Assembly: GCA_963837175.1 (NCBI GenBank)
Contig: CAWIMJ010000009.1
Span: 32,001-96,000, forward strand
Origin: an uncultured Nitrososphaeraceae archaeon
GTDB taxonomy: Archaea > Thermoproteota > Nitrososphaeria > Nitrososphaerales > Nitrososphaeraceae
Direction: 5' to 3'
DNA length: 64,000 nucleotides
In this document: in pieces, positions 32,064-43,878 of the stretch
Layout: each line of letters starts with the position of its first letter
Numbering within the stretch: the first letter of the stretch is position 1
Position numbers and translations under genes: made by a program
Notes under the pieces: model-generated
Database searches by the model: none
Told to the model about the DNA's origin: nothing
Seen by the model: the letters and a program-made list of their open reading frames with translations, nothing else

Positions 32064-32464
32064 TCAGCCTGTATATCTTAAATAAGAGCAACAACAAGAA
32101 AAGCAAAAACAGTCAGCAGCAACTAATTGAAGAAGACCATGATAATAATATCCAGACAAGAGATAAATCTACTATTGGGACTACTATTAATCAAATTTTT
32201 TGAAAAGTATTTAAAAAGGTAGAATTAAGAAGTGAAGTAATTCCTACTTTGTTAGTTGATCTATTAACAGCAAAGGAAGAAGAATAATCAGATATTGGAG
32301 AGCACAGGTAGCTGAGCTATAAAATTCCTAGACTTGTTCTAAATAAATTCAATATCTATCAAATTACTCGTCATAGGCAATATGAATGAGAATCTACTAT
32401 CAATTCTCGGTAATATGGTTTTATGCACTCTGATAATCTTTTACCTATCTGTTACTAAATAGGA

Positions 32465-32803
32465 TTATGGAAGATCCTTGATAATCTTTATTCCTTCCTC
32501 AGCGGTAAATGCTTTCAAGGTTTTGGTTCTCGCATTTCCAGCTGGCCCAACTTCGAGCAACAGAGCCATTACTATTTCATCATTTGGAGCTTCTATAATT
32601 ATTACCATGTCATATTCTCCAAAAGTATAGTAACCCCCAATCAATTTTCCACCTGCTTTTTCGACCGATGCTTTAAAGGAACTGAAACGGTCTGCTGAAG
32701 ATTCTTTAATTTTGCTAATGCCTTGCTCTGTCCAATTTATGAGTAAGATATAGTGAGACAAATGTAACAGATCGACAGATTTGCTGCTATTTATGTGTGT
32801 CAT
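32465..32803 (-). CDS. GYD domain protein
   Basis: YILLINWTEQG..GGKL..YYTFGEYDMVIIIEAP..GNARTKTLKAF. The true start is probably downstream, near LSHY. Confidence 0.88.
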   Translation of the reverse strand: MTHINSSKSVDLLHLSHYILLINWTEQGISKIKESSADRFSSFKASVEKAGGKLIGGYYTFGEYDMVIIIEAPNDEIVMALLLEVGPAGNARTKTLKAFTAEEGIKIIKDLP

Positions 32804-33157
32804 GCAACAATTAGTTCAGGTATATTATTATTATATGCAACAACAATACTGATTAGTATTAGAGACAAAGCAACAAGATAAGAAGGAGATCCTTCTGGAA
32901 TTTAAAGAATGCGAGCAGGTTAATGACAGATACAAAATCGCTTATTAATCCAAACAATATATCTTGCATTGTCTTTCTTTGAGCATACATACTAATTTCT
33001 CCAGAAGATTAAAGACATAAAACAACCTTATAGCGCTAGTATCTGCAGCCATAAGGTTAAGCAATTCAATTTCTTCATTGGGGATTTGGGAACAGTATTA
33101 GATGGATGGGATGGATGAGTAAAATATTTCTTATTGTTATTAGTAGGAATCTAATCT

Positions 33158-33304
33158 ATGGTTGAGAAAGAATTCAAATGTTTCATCTGCGGAAGAACAT
33201 TCTTCTCATTGCATGGTGATTATTATAATCTTATTAGAAGTGATCACGGATTTAGACCGACCTATGCCTGGAGGAGGGTGAAATGTGAGAAATTTCCCGA
33301 TTAA
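33158..33304 (+). CDS. Small putative C2H2-type zinc-finger peptide (48 aa)
   Basis: MVEKEFKCFICGRTFFSLHGDYYNLIRSDH shows FxCxxCGxxF...H...H. Confidence 0.4.
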   Translation: MVEKEFKCFICGRTFFSLHGDYYNLIRSDHGFRPTYAWRRVKCEKFPD

Positions 33305-33569
33305 TAACTTTTAGAGAACCATTTTCTATTCTGGTTTGAATAGAGAGAATCTATTTATTTCTAATATAATTTTCATTGTTGCGTGCTTATACTGTCTCAG
33401 CCGATTTTGGATGTTATTATTGTAAAATCACAAGAACGCTCAATCTTTAGTACTTTACGAAGCATTACTATAAAGAAGAAAGTAGATGATAATAAAGGAA
33501 TATAGATGAAAGCAAATGGTATCAGAATCGTTCCCTTTTTAAGTATCGGTTATGTATATTATAAGATAT

Positions 33570-33685
33570 TATACTAACTAACAAAAGTTCGTTTACAGAT
33601 TTTTCTTAATATGTAAGGTTTACTATGCTTAAAAAATCCTTTTACTTGGTTTTAAAAGATATACGAAATTATGTTAGGCAGTATA
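33570..33685 (-). mobile_element. MITE copy 1 (IS630/Tc1-like, ~116 bp)
   Basis: Reverse complement of 46116-46230 except for one T indel. Imperfect 22-bp terminal inverted repeats TATACTGCCTAACATAATTTCG / TATACTAACTAACAAAAGTTCG with TA at both ends. Confidence 0.9.
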
Positions 33686-33944
33686 TATACACATATAATT
33701 CACATATAATCCGAAGAATAGACTATCTATATCGTGTAAAAACAGAAATTGACTGTTATCACAGCGCCGTTGCATAGAAATCCTTAGCTTGAAATGGATT
33801 TACCATCGATGGTAACATTTTTGGATACTGCAGCAATTAAGAATTCAATTGACAGGAAATTCTTTAAATATGGTGTAAAGATGAGACAAATAGCAAAGAC
33901 ATTCGAGCAGTTTGAGTTGAAGAGAATGGCGACAAAGAAAGGAA

Positions 33945-33989
<45 letters not shown>

Positions 33990-34483
33990 TATGATAAGAG
34001 AATATGTAATTATTGTGGATGGAATATGGACGAATCAGATATAGAAATCCTGATTTTCTTTCATTCTGATTGCTGGAAAGAATATAGAAAAGACGGTTTA
34101 GTATATCCTATGCCAGAAAATGTTTAATTCATGTAAGTAATTTGAGAATGGTAGTGTTTTTAGTTTTTCCTTCTGTTCTTGGATTACAATGGAAATTGTG
34201 CTGTCTTAGAAGATGACGATATTGATAGTTATCTCAATAAAGGATGGTGTATGTATTCTCTAAAAAACAAAATTATTATTAAATTTTTTGCACATGACTT
34301 TATCTGTGTTATCATAATATTATAAATTCAAATAAGCAACCATTTTTTTTCTATGTAGTTAGTAACCTGATTGATTTCCTTTTTGAATATACTCTTCTTC
34401 TTCCTCTCTTATGTCCACACTACAACATGCGGTATAATGTACTTTGATAAAATTATATATACTGTAAATATTTCTGTTAAACT

Positions 34484-35455
34484 ATGGTGCTAGAGATTAT
34501 AAGAAATTTTAGAGTTGGGTTTGCTATCATATTGATAACTTTTCTAATAGGTGCTACTGCTGCTATTGCAATAGTACCAACTGTAGCCTATAGCCAATCT
34601 ATTCCTTCTGTTCCAAACAATGCTAGTATTAACACTGTCAATAATAATAAAAAAGTAGTAATCTTAAATTTTGACGACGCATTTGAGAGTCAATACGCTA
34701 ATGCCAAGCCAATTCTAGACAAGTATGGATATAAGGCTACTTACTATGTGGTCTGTAACTATATAGGAAATAGTGGACGACTAACATGGGAAGATATAAC
34801 GGCATTATCTAACGAAGGACATGATATAGGATCTCATACAATGAATCATGCAGATCTTTCTAAAACATCAAAAAAGGAGACTGAATTTGAAATAGGTGAC
34901 TCAAAACAATGCCTTCTTGACCATGGCATTAATACCACAAGCTTTGCGTATCCTTTTAATGCAGGATCTGATGAGGCATCAGTAATCGATGTAGTTGCTA
35001 AATATTATGATATAGCTAGAACTGCTAGAAGTGCTCCTGAGCCAATAATGTATTTACATTGTGATGGGTTTAAAGATCAATCAAGTCAGACTGATTGTAG
35101 AACATATTCTGGTGATGGTAAACTTACTTTTGCAAACAGGTACTCTATTATAGGTTGGAGTCATGATGCTGATAGGTACAAGTATTCATATGATGATTCT
35201 GGAATGTTCGATAGATTCGTTGAAGTTGTCAATAGCCCGTCTAGATATAACACAGATGGTACAATACATGCAATTCCTATAGTTATATGGCATAGGATAG
35301 ATAATAGCGGAGAAGGAGATCCAAAGGTTTATGCTACTACTCCAGATCTATTTCAAAAAGAAATTAATTATTTACACGATAATGGCTTTAAGGTATTGAC
35401 AATGGCAGACCTTGGATACGATGAAAATAGCAATTATTTATACCTAAAAAGATAG
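34484..35455 (+). CDS. Secreted polysaccharide deacetylase (CE4/NodB)
   Basis: Signal peptide, LNFDDA, IGSHTMNH, SFAYPF motifs. Confidence 0.9.
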   Translation: MVLEIIRNFRVGFAIILITFLIGATAAIAIVPTVAYSQSIPSVPNNASINTVNNNKKVVILNFDDAFESQYANAKPILDKYGYKATYYVVCNYIGNSGRLTWEDITALSNEGHDIGSHTMNHADLSKTSKKETEFEIGDSKQCLLDHGINTTSFAYPFNAGSDEASVIDVVAKYYDIARTARSAPEPIMYLHCDGFKDQSSQTDCRTYSGDGKLTFANRYSIIGWSHDADRYKYSYDDSGMFDRFVEVVNSPSRYNTDGTIHAIPIVIWHRIDNSGEGDPKVYATTPDLFQKEINYLHDNGFKVLTMADLGYDENSNYLYLKR

Positions 35456-35781
35456 ATAGATAAATAGAAAATAAGGAAAATAGATATGAGTAGAGATACG
35501 AAGATACTCTGAAGACTAACAAAGAAAACAAGAAGAAGAAGAGATAGATAGAGGATAAAATAGAATTTGAAACATCAACAACGATAATAACAACAATAAA
35601 AAAGCATATTATTATTGTCATCCTTATCAATATAAAAATAAATATAACAAGAAAACAAAATAAAATACAAAAATGGGAGATTTTAAATATAATTTCCATT
35701 TCTTATATTTATAATATTTTAAATTACAGTAATGTATATAGTGGATGAAGAAAGAGTATAATAGATGGATGGAGATGAATA

Positions 35782-36078
35782 TTGAGTAATAATAAACAAT
35801 TCCTTATGCAACAGTTATTATGGATTGGTATTTCGCTAGGGATTAGCATTGCAATTTCATTATTTGTACCTTTTCCTTTTTCTTTACCTCTCATAATAGG
35901 TCTTTTCATTTTGCTGAGTTTCTATATGAGAAAAAGAGCAATGAGAAAAATGGGTATGGGCGGTGCTACGATGTTCGGTAGCAATAATTCAATAAATTAT
36001 TATTGTATGGGTTGTGGAACAAAGCATAACGATGCAGCTTGCCCTAGATGTGGTTCAAAAATGAAAAGAGTTGGTTAA
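35782..36078 (+). CDS. Small 2-TM protein with C-terminal zinc ribbon
   Basis: Two hydrophobic helices then YYCMGCG..ACPRCGS. Confidence 0.8.
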   Translation: MSNNKQFLMQQLLWIGISLGISIAISLFVPFPFSLPLIIGLFILLSFYMRKRAMRKMGMGGATMFGSNNSINYYCMGCGTKHNDAACPRCGSKMKRVG

Positions 36079-36881
36079 TTGTGAGTAAAATAAGAATAAT
36101 GATGTAACTTTTTCTACGGATCTATTTCGTAGAGTTGTTCTTTTTTTAGTATATAATATACTACTATCCCCAGCCGCATATATTATCTTGAAGAAGGTAA
36201 TCTTTATAGAGATGATATCGCTGTTAAAACTGATATTACTATATAAACTCGTTTTGTAGAGCCATTACCTAAGGTCTCGCTTCCTATGGTATACTAGTCA
36301 AAAGGCATCTAGATTTCTTGCTACGAGTTTATTGATATTGTCCTTTACTAGTAGAAAAGAGTGTATTTTTAGTTCCTTTTTATTATCCTCAGAAATTTGT
36401 CAGTTTGGTTGCCTTGCTCAATTGCATGTTAGTATCGAATATTAGATAAAATCAACCACAGGATGAAATTCCATATGATTCGTGAATTAGCAATTCAAAT
36501 ATCTATAAATTATTAATAGGCTATAATATTATTCAATCATCAAATTTTTAACTATGGTTACTGTCAGTCTTGTTGAGGTCAATTATAATAAAAGAACAAT
36601 AACCATTCCTAATTCAAATTTGATACACTCCGAGTTTGATGATATTAGCAAGATATCTGTACTTTGACTGTCCTAAAAAAATCGACATGGATAAAAATAT
36701 TACATCGCCTATCATAAGAAATAGAATACTTACATGAATACCTAATACAGAGAAGGGAGAAGGGGATAGTAACAATAAAAATAATAATAATAATAATGAT
36801 AAACAAATTTTTGTATGTATAATTATTAAAAGAATAACCTTTTTAATAATCTATGTATAACCTTTTTTGGGTTATCTACTT

Positions 36882-37190
36882 ATGGCAAAGATAGTTGTAG
36901 GAAAGACTGATGAAATCAAAGAGGGAAAACTAACCCATATACAAGCTGGTGGAAAGGAAGTTCTAGTTGCTAATGTCAACGGAAATTACTATGCAATGGG
37001 TAATATATGCACTCATGCTGGAGCTGAACTTCATGAAGGTGAACTCGAAGGCAAGGAATTGACATGTCCGTGGCATGGTGCAAAATGGGATGTCACTACA
37101 GGCAATCAGATCTGGTTTCCTCAGAAATTAAAACCAGAAGAATCTTTCAAAGTTAGTGTCGAAAATGATACTGTTTATGTAGAGGTATAA
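36882..37190 (+). CDS. Rieske [2Fe-2S] ferredoxin
   Basis: CTH...CPWHG motifs. Confidence 0.92.
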   Translation: MAKIVVGKTDEIKEGKLTHIQAGGKEVLVANVNGNYYAMGNICTHAGAELHEGELEGKELTCPWHGAKWDVTTGNQIWFPQKLKPEESFKVSVENDTVYVEV

Positions 37191-37802
37191 ATTCAATAGT
37201 ATAATGTGTATATATGATATACATATAGATATATACATATATCTATATTTTTATTTTGATGTTGATAATTATGAAATAATAATACAATACTCTAATGCTA
37301 CAAGTAAAATATCTGAATTGCCTGTTTGTGGAGTCATCTATTATCGCAGATCACGCCATTTAGATTTAGTATTATAAAGATGACTCCAATCCTCTAGTGA
37401 ATAGTTTGATAAAAGAATCCTGTTATCAGTACAGGACTATGTCAACTACATAAATAAAAAACAGGTTAGATGATATATTAAATTATAAATAATATAGATT
37501 TAAAGAAATTGATTGTTTGTGATAATAGAAATCTTCAACCAAACGTCTTTGATGCTATTATTAATAAAATAAATATATATGAAAATAATGAATTTGTCAA
37601 AAGATTTTAGATCTTTATGGATCAGTATTATTATTATATATTATCATTATCATCAACCTGCTAACTGCTGCTCAGTTTTTTCGTGCTTATACTGATCCTG
37701 CTGAGAACCTTCATTTTCAATTGCCTTTTTTTATTTTAGAATTATCGTTGCTGAATTGTACAGCTAACATTTCATTCATTAAATATATAATTTAAAAATT
37801 TA

Positions 37803-38816
37803 TTAGGTTAGATTGCTTTTCTTTTCTTCTTCAATCATGCTCTCATAAATACGGTATGCACCTCCAGTATTGCTACTGACATAACTCCAAACCTCAGATC
37901 TAATGGGCAATGCTTCGAAAGCAGATTTTTGCTTATCGTCAAGTATGTCATACGCCGATTGACCAATTACAATTCTATTGGGTCTTGCAAGGTCTTTCAT
38001 TTTAGCGGCAATACTAATAGTATAACCCAAAATGTCAAGATGCTGCTTTTTTACTATCTGCTTGTTATCTAACTCATAAACATCCCATCCATACTGTACT
38101 ACTGCATTCTCGCCAACATCTATTCCAACCCTTACTCTTATTTCAGGATAATCATATTGATTTAGAATAGGATTGATACCTTCCTGTGTTATCCTAATCA
38201 TAGCATATGCACAATTTACCGCATTGATACAAGATATATGTAAATTGTCAGAATTATTATCAGGAAAAAAAGAGAGTATTGCATTTCCTACATATTTTAG
38301 TGTATATCCGCCATATGCTGTTACCATCAGAGATATCTCTTGAGTAAATGCCTGAATTATCGATGCAAACCTCTCCACGGGAAGAGTCATTGACAGTCTG
38401 GTTGAGTCTACAAGAGCAATGTCTAATATAACAAGAGTAACTTTAGATTTGGCAAATTTTTCCAAAACTTTCTGTGTTTCTTCTGTTGACACATCGAAAT
38501 CAGATCCTACTTTCAAAGCCTTCCAGACCCTTGATTGTGCCATCTTAATTGCAGCGTCCAGATCAACTACTGCATCAAGATAAAAAGAACCTAACGACGG
38601 AGTATCTGACGCCTGTTTGACAGATATCTTTTTTCTCTCCTCTTCTTTATTTACACTTTCGATAATCTTTTCAACTTCCTCTTCACTAATATCCATCTGC
38701 AATGCGATTATATCAGATGGAATTCCGGAATTATACAAGTTCAATACAGTCTGACTCTGAGGATATCTGCTATCGCTGCTACTTATGTCTTCGGCCATAT
38801 TATCTATTTGATACAT
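37803..38816 (-). CDS. Class III adenylate/guanylate cyclase-domain protein with degenerate metal site
   Basis: Cyclase core motifs (LVxST, GGYTLKYVGxAI, RVRVGIDVGE, DILGYTISIAAKM) and an N-terminal HTH-like segment. Confidence 0.85.
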   Translation of the reverse strand: MYQIDNMAEDISSSDSRYPQSQTVLNLYNSGIPSDIIALQMDISEEEVEKIIESVNKEEERKKISVKQASDTPSLGSFYLDAVVDLDAAIKMAQSRVWKALKVGSDFDVSTEETQKVLEKFAKSKVTLVILDIALVDSTRLSMTLPVERFASIIQAFTQEISLMVTAYGGYTLKYVGNAILSFFPDNNSDNLHISCINAVNCAYAMIRITQEGINPILNQYDYPEIRVRVGIDVGENAVVQYGWDVYELDNKQIVKKQHLDILGYTISIAAKMKDLARPNRIVIGQSAYDILDDKQKSAFEALPIRSEVWSYVSSNTGGAYRIYESMIEEEKKSNLT

Positions 38817-39184
38817 AAATATTCGTAGTATTAATCTTAATGTGTCATACCCATTCTTTACAAATCATAGTTTTCTAAAAACTTACTACTTTGCATTATC
38901 TGTACTTTATGCTAGAATTTCAAAAATTATGCAGTGCCCATATGGAATTATGCAATATTCTAGAAAATTTGCTGTATGAATATATCTGAATCTTACAGAA
39001 GTATTTTCTGAGGATAATACGAACAATAACATATGCAATATTATTCTTTTAAAAATCTTATTAAGTCTTATAGTAAAGAATATGATTCATCTTTTTATTC
39101 AAAAATAATAAGAGCTAAATGTATTGTTATTTTTGAGTATTGCACATATATTCTATAAGATTAGTTTTATATTGATTAATTAAA

Positions 39185-39994
39185 ATGGGTGGAGGAGGTT
39201 TAAGAAGTATCTGGAAAGGGAGCATATCTTTTGGACTTGTCAATATTCCAGTAAAACTTTATACGGCCACTTATGATAAAGAGTTTTCCTTCAATCAATT
39301 GGATAATAAAGGTCATAAAATCCAATATAAAAAGTGGTGTCCTACAGAAGATAAAGAGATACCATATTCTGAAATCAAGAAAGGATATGAAATTTCAAAA
39401 GATAACTATGTGATAATAGAAAAAGAAGATCTAGATAAAATTAAACTTAAAACAACAAAAACAATAGATATCAAAGAATTTATTAATTATAATGATTTTG
39501 ATCCTATACTTGTAGAAAAGAGCTACTATATTGCTCCTGATAGTAAGGCTTCTGCTGATAAAGCTTATTCCTTATTTATAAAAGCAATAAAAGAGACTGA
39601 CAAAATAGCAATAGGAAAGGTAGTATTAAGAGATAAAGAAAATCTTGTTGCTTTACGTGCATATCAAAGAGGAATGATAATGCATCAGCTACGTTACATT
39701 GATGAAATAAAACCAGTAAACGAAATAGAAGAAATGCCAGACGCCTCACAACCTAAAATCGACGATAAGGAATTGTCACTTGGCAAGATATTGGTTGAAA
39801 ATCTTTCAAATGAAGAATTTGATCCAAGCCAGTATTCTGATGCTTATTCTAAGCAATTGGAGCAATTAATAAATTCAAAAGCACAAGGCAAAACTTTTAA
39901 TTCTAAACCATATGAAAAGGATGAGGATACAAGCAGCAATTTGCTTGAAGCACTTAAAGCTAGTGTTCAGAAGAGTCGATCAAAAAACAAGTAG
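39185..39994 (+). CDS. ku: Prokaryotic Ku DNA end-binding protein
   Basis: RSIWKGSISFGLVNIPVKLYTA, IKKGYE, YYIAP, NLLEALKASV. Confidence 0.95.
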   Translation: MGGGGLRSIWKGSISFGLVNIPVKLYTATYDKEFSFNQLDNKGHKIQYKKWCPTEDKEIPYSEIKKGYEISKDNYVIIEKEDLDKIKLKTTKTIDIKEFINYNDFDPILVEKSYYIAPDSKASADKAYSLFIKAIKETDKIAIGKVVLRDKENLVALRAYQRGMIMHQLRYIDEIKPVNEIEEMPDASQPKIDDKELSLGKILVENLSNEEFDPSQYSDAYSKQLEQLINSKAQGKTFNSKPYEKDEDTSSNLLEALKASVQKSRSKNK

Positions 39995-40788
39995 AGAAAA
40001 TTAGTTCTTTTTCTCCTTTCTCATCCTCACGGTGTTGCCCTTATTTTCTTTACGATTTCAGAGACATTTGGTGTTGTACAATCTATAGGAAGCATTTATA
40101 TATACACATATATACATATATATATTAAACAATTATTCATTATTTGTAGACATAGATACAATAGCAGAAAAATTTTGACCTAAATGAGAAAATTGAGTAT
40201 ATTGCTTCTTCTTTATTATTTTGATTATATCAAAAAGACTCTATTGTGTTTCTTTTACTAGTTTTCATAGTCTATTCTGGTGATTTTTTTGTGTGGATAT
40301 CTTTTTCTCACAACCCTCAGCTGTTACTTCAGCAAATGATCTTTTTGCATGCTTTACTAGAATTTTGAAACTCATAGGATATGTCTCTTATGAAAAACTA
40401 CAATACTATCCTTTTATACGATTTGGAATTAAAAAAGTCTTTATTATAGTTTTATAGTGATATATTGCTCTTTTCACCATTAGTATAATCCAAACAGTAT
40501 CAGGAGCCCTCTTGTAATGTATAAAGAGGAATAACAATCTAGTCACTAACTTGGCAATCTTTTTCTATAATCCGGATATTTTTCTCTTAGTTAAATAATC
40601 AGATAGGATAAATTACAATATTATTATATTCTATAAATTTTGAATTAGGATAGATATGGGTAGTTTAATGATTTCTTAACAGGCATTCCATCATCTATAA
40701 TTTAAAATTTTGTCAGAGATGCATGTAAGCAAGGTTATTAATCTCATTATTTTTAATTATAAAGCAGCATTTTCTAGAATTTGTCTAT

Positions 40789-41169
40789 CTAATTCTGCAA
40801 ATGTTTCTCAATTATATTTATCAATTGTTTTGTAGATACGGGCTTTTGGATATAGCCGTCTATCTTTATAGAGTTGAGAACCTTGGATAAGTCACGGTCA
40901 TTAAACTCAAAGGCTGACATTAACAAAAGCTTGATTGTAGGATGCATTGATTTGATCTTCTTTACAAGCTCAAATCCATTCATTGCTGGCATTCTGACGT
41001 CTGCAAGAACTAATCCATAACTTTCAGAATTTGTCTTTAGATGCTCTAAAGCTAATAATGGATCTGTAAAGGCATATGTAGTGAAACCTTGCTTTTGAAG
41101 AGCCTGTTTAATGAGATTAACTATATCAAATTCATCATCAACTACCAATATTGACTTATTAGCCGGCAT
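40789..41169 (-). CDS. Single-domain response regulator (CheY-like)
   Basis: ILVVDDE, DVRMPAMNG, MSA, KP motifs. Confidence 0.92.
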   Translation of the reverse strand: MPANKSILVVDDEFDIVNLIKQALQKQGFTTYAFTDPLLALEHLKTNSESYGLVLADVRMPAMNGFELVKKIKSMHPTIKLLLMSAFEFNDRDLSKVLNSIKIDGYIQKPVSTKQLINIIEKHLQN

Positions 41170-41474
41170 TTGATTTAAATACCATTTTCTATAAGTTAGT
41201 TACTATTAAAGTCATTGTTATATACTCTTATGCAAGTCGGGTATCTGCTAAATACAAAGCAATGCTCTTTGGATATTAAGTTCCAGTTATTAAGGATAGG
41301 ATAACATAATCAAGTATGTTGTTGAGTTAATTTCATTTCTGAATAATTGTTAATAAATAATGCTAATGATGATATTCTTTATCGTATAAAATATAATATT
41401 ACCCTTTAATTTTGACTAGTGCTGTATTATAGAACTAATTACCAATCTAACTAGGTTAAATTTAGTTTGCATCT

Positions 41475-41978
41475 CTATTCAACGCTTACTATTTCTTTAT
41501 TCTTTTCCTGTTCATCTAATTTATTTAGTTCTGTCATCAAGAATTGTTTATACTTGTTTCGTTCTTGTTCTGTCATTCTATCAAGATTAGAGCTCAAAGT
41601 TGACCCTATAGTAGATATCCTATCAATAAGATCCTTTGCCATAAATCTTCCAATGTTACCGACTCTCAGCATTACATCTAGTTGTTTCTGTAAAATGTTA
41701 TGAACTGAATCTATATCAGCAGCAATCTCAAGTCCTTTTCCTGTTATTTTGTATTTGCCGTTTTGAATTTCATCTATTAAACCTTCTTCAAGCAATCTGC
41801 CAAGTAATGGATATATAAGTCCAGGTGATGGTCTCCATTTACCATCACTTTGAAGTATGGCCTTATCAATGATTTCTTTTCCTGTCATAGACTGCTCCTT
41901 TAATAGCCCTAAAATGTAATGTCTAGAAAATCCTCTTGGAATTACACTTCCTACCCTTGAAAACCAATCCGATAACAT
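41475..41978 (-). CDS. PadR-family transcriptional regulator
   Basis: PRGF..ILGLL..G.EI..WRPSPGLIYPLLGRL..GLI..KYKITGKG. Confidence 0.9.
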   Translation of the reverse strand: MLSDWFSRVGSVIPRGFSRHYILGLLKEQSMTGKEIIDKAILQSDGKWRPSPGLIYPLLGRLLEEGLIDEIQNGKYKITGKGLEIAADIDSVHNILQKQLDVMLRVGNIGRFMAKDLIDRISTIGSTLSSNLDRMTEQERNKYKQFLMTELNKLDEQEKNKEIVSVE

Positions 41979-42009
41979 ATCACTAGTAATATCGCTAGTG
42001 ATTTATTAA
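41979..42009 (-). promoter_or_regulatory. TATA box plus inverted-repeat operator for padR
   Basis: TTAATAAA on the minus strand (42002-42009) about 25-30 nt upstream of the ATG. ATCACTAG-N8-CTAGTGAT at 41979-42002 lies between the TATA box and the start codon. Confidence 0.6.
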
Positions 42010-42416
42010 GTTTTCGACATGATTCAAGATATTCATGTCAGAAATAACGATCACTACGATAATAATGTAATCAGCCCGATCCATTATTTAGAAGGGCAAT
42101 TATTAGATATATCATCATAAGGAAATCTAAAATCCTGTGCCTAGTTCAAGTTTTAGAGAATATTGCACTTTTTAGCGTTATTATTCTTCTTCTACTGTTT
42201 AACACTTATAGAAACGTCATCATGAGACAAATCCAACTTTAATAACATTCATTCACATAAGAAAAACAGAATAGCTCTTTAAATTATTATCAAATACTGG
42301 CTTAACAGCCTAAACAACATATTGAAAAACTGAGTCTAATTCTTAGAGTTTCTCGAGTAACGAACGATCAAAGAGGTATTGCATATTTATACTACTTTGA
42401 ATTAATATACTAGCAT

Positions 42417-42788
42417 TTGTCTTTCGTGGATTCCTATTATATGCAGCGAATAAATAACCTTATTAATAGTATGGCTCTATTAGAAGAGGAAATTAGTAAT
42501 ACAGCAGAAATAATAAAAGAAGAGTATAATAAGGCCAGTTCGGCTATGATGGAAACACATAATTACTTTTTAAATGGCATCCAAACTGGCCAGCCATCTA
42601 AGTCATATTTACTTACTCGTAAAGGAATAGAGGTATTGGGTGAGGAAGTTATCTCAATTGATATATTTATAGATAATGTTCTTAATTTCTCGAATTACCC
42701 AAACAAAAAAATTGAAGTTCTTAAGGATTTAGCCATGCATTTACAAAAGATAAATCAAATGATTATTGAGTCTACGACTACTACTTAA
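42417..42788 (+). CDS. Hypothetical protein
   Basis: 123 aa open frame; TTTATA about 25-30 nt upstream of the TTG start. Confidence 0.7.
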   Translation: MSFVDSYYMQRINNLINSMALLEEEISNTAEIIKEEYNKASSAMMETHNYFLNGIQTGQPSKSYLLTRKGIEVLGEEVISIDIFIDNVLNFSNYPNKKIEVLKDLAMHLQKINQMIIESTTTT

Positions 42789-42940
42789 AAATTTCCCAAA
42801 GGGTTTTTGGAATATTCTGGCAAATATTCTGTCGAGGGAGAATATATAGAAGAGACAATAGTTACGTAAACTGTATTATTTCACGTATAACAAGCAGATT
42901 AGAAAATATTAAAATCAACCTTATACAATAAAATAGAACA

Positions 42941-43222
42941 ATGTCAACTGAGCAAAAAATAATCAAATTTCATGGTGCTGAAGTAAATAACGTGATCATT
43001 CTTTATTCAATAAGACCATACTCCAAGCCTGTCACAGTAGTAATCGAAGAATTTGATGCATTAAAAGATCCGGAACGTTGTGAAACAATAAACATTCAAG
43101 TAGTAGCTGATTTTGTTACAATTACATTTTATAAACAAGAAAGTTCTAATTCGATTATACGCCGAGAGTTAATTCCTACACAGGCGGTGGAACATATTTG
43201 GGTTAATGATTTAATAAAGTAA
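42941..43222 (+). CDS. Hypothetical protein
   Basis: 93 aa beta-rich ORF with an AT-rich promoter-like sequence upstream. Confidence 0.7.
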   Translation: MSTEQKIIKFHGAEVNNVIILYSIRPYSKPVTVVIEEFDALKDPERCETINIQVVADFVTITFYKQESSNSIIRRELIPTQAVEHIWVNDLIK

Positions 43223-43878
43223 TTCATTTGAGTTAATGGTTTTGTAGAGTGAACGTAAAAAGTCGATAAACAATTGTGGTAGTTTAATTATAAGTTTAGA
43301 GTATGTTTTGAAACCAGACTTTCATATTGAATATAATAAAGCGTTAATTTATTGTATATTGTCTAAGTCCACAATTATATAAGAAACGTTACACATCGCT
43401 TAGAGTGCTTAATAACTTTGACTCTATTTTCATAACTGCTGGTTGACTGTTATAATTTTTTTGATACTGTGATATATAATAATATTGAATTATATAATTG
43501 CATCATTATTTCTTTATAAATGGTAATAATAATTATTAATTGAATTTGTTATCGGTTATCTGTTATCTGATTTGAGACAATAACTAAGTTTGAAAATGTA
43601 AAGACATTAGTGTCTCTTAGAATCCCATCTATTTAAATCTCAGATTCTGATATTACCTGAATTCATATGTTTTATTAAATGTTAAAGAAGCAAATACATT
43701 TTTTTGCAGCTCAAGGCAAGTCGGCAAATTAACATATATGTTCGTTCTTAATAATTGATGTATTTCTTTTTATACGATGATTTTATATAGAAATTCCTAG
43801 AATGAACGTATTCTTATTGTAAATAATACAAATATTAATTCTAACAATTTATAATGCAGTACTAAAATAGTATTTAAT

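Noticed and set aside
35388-35699. Hydrophobic 103-aa minus-strand ORF
   Set aside because: Arises from a low-complexity A-rich intergenic tract read as Phe/Ile/Leu, and overlaps the end of the deacetylase gene.
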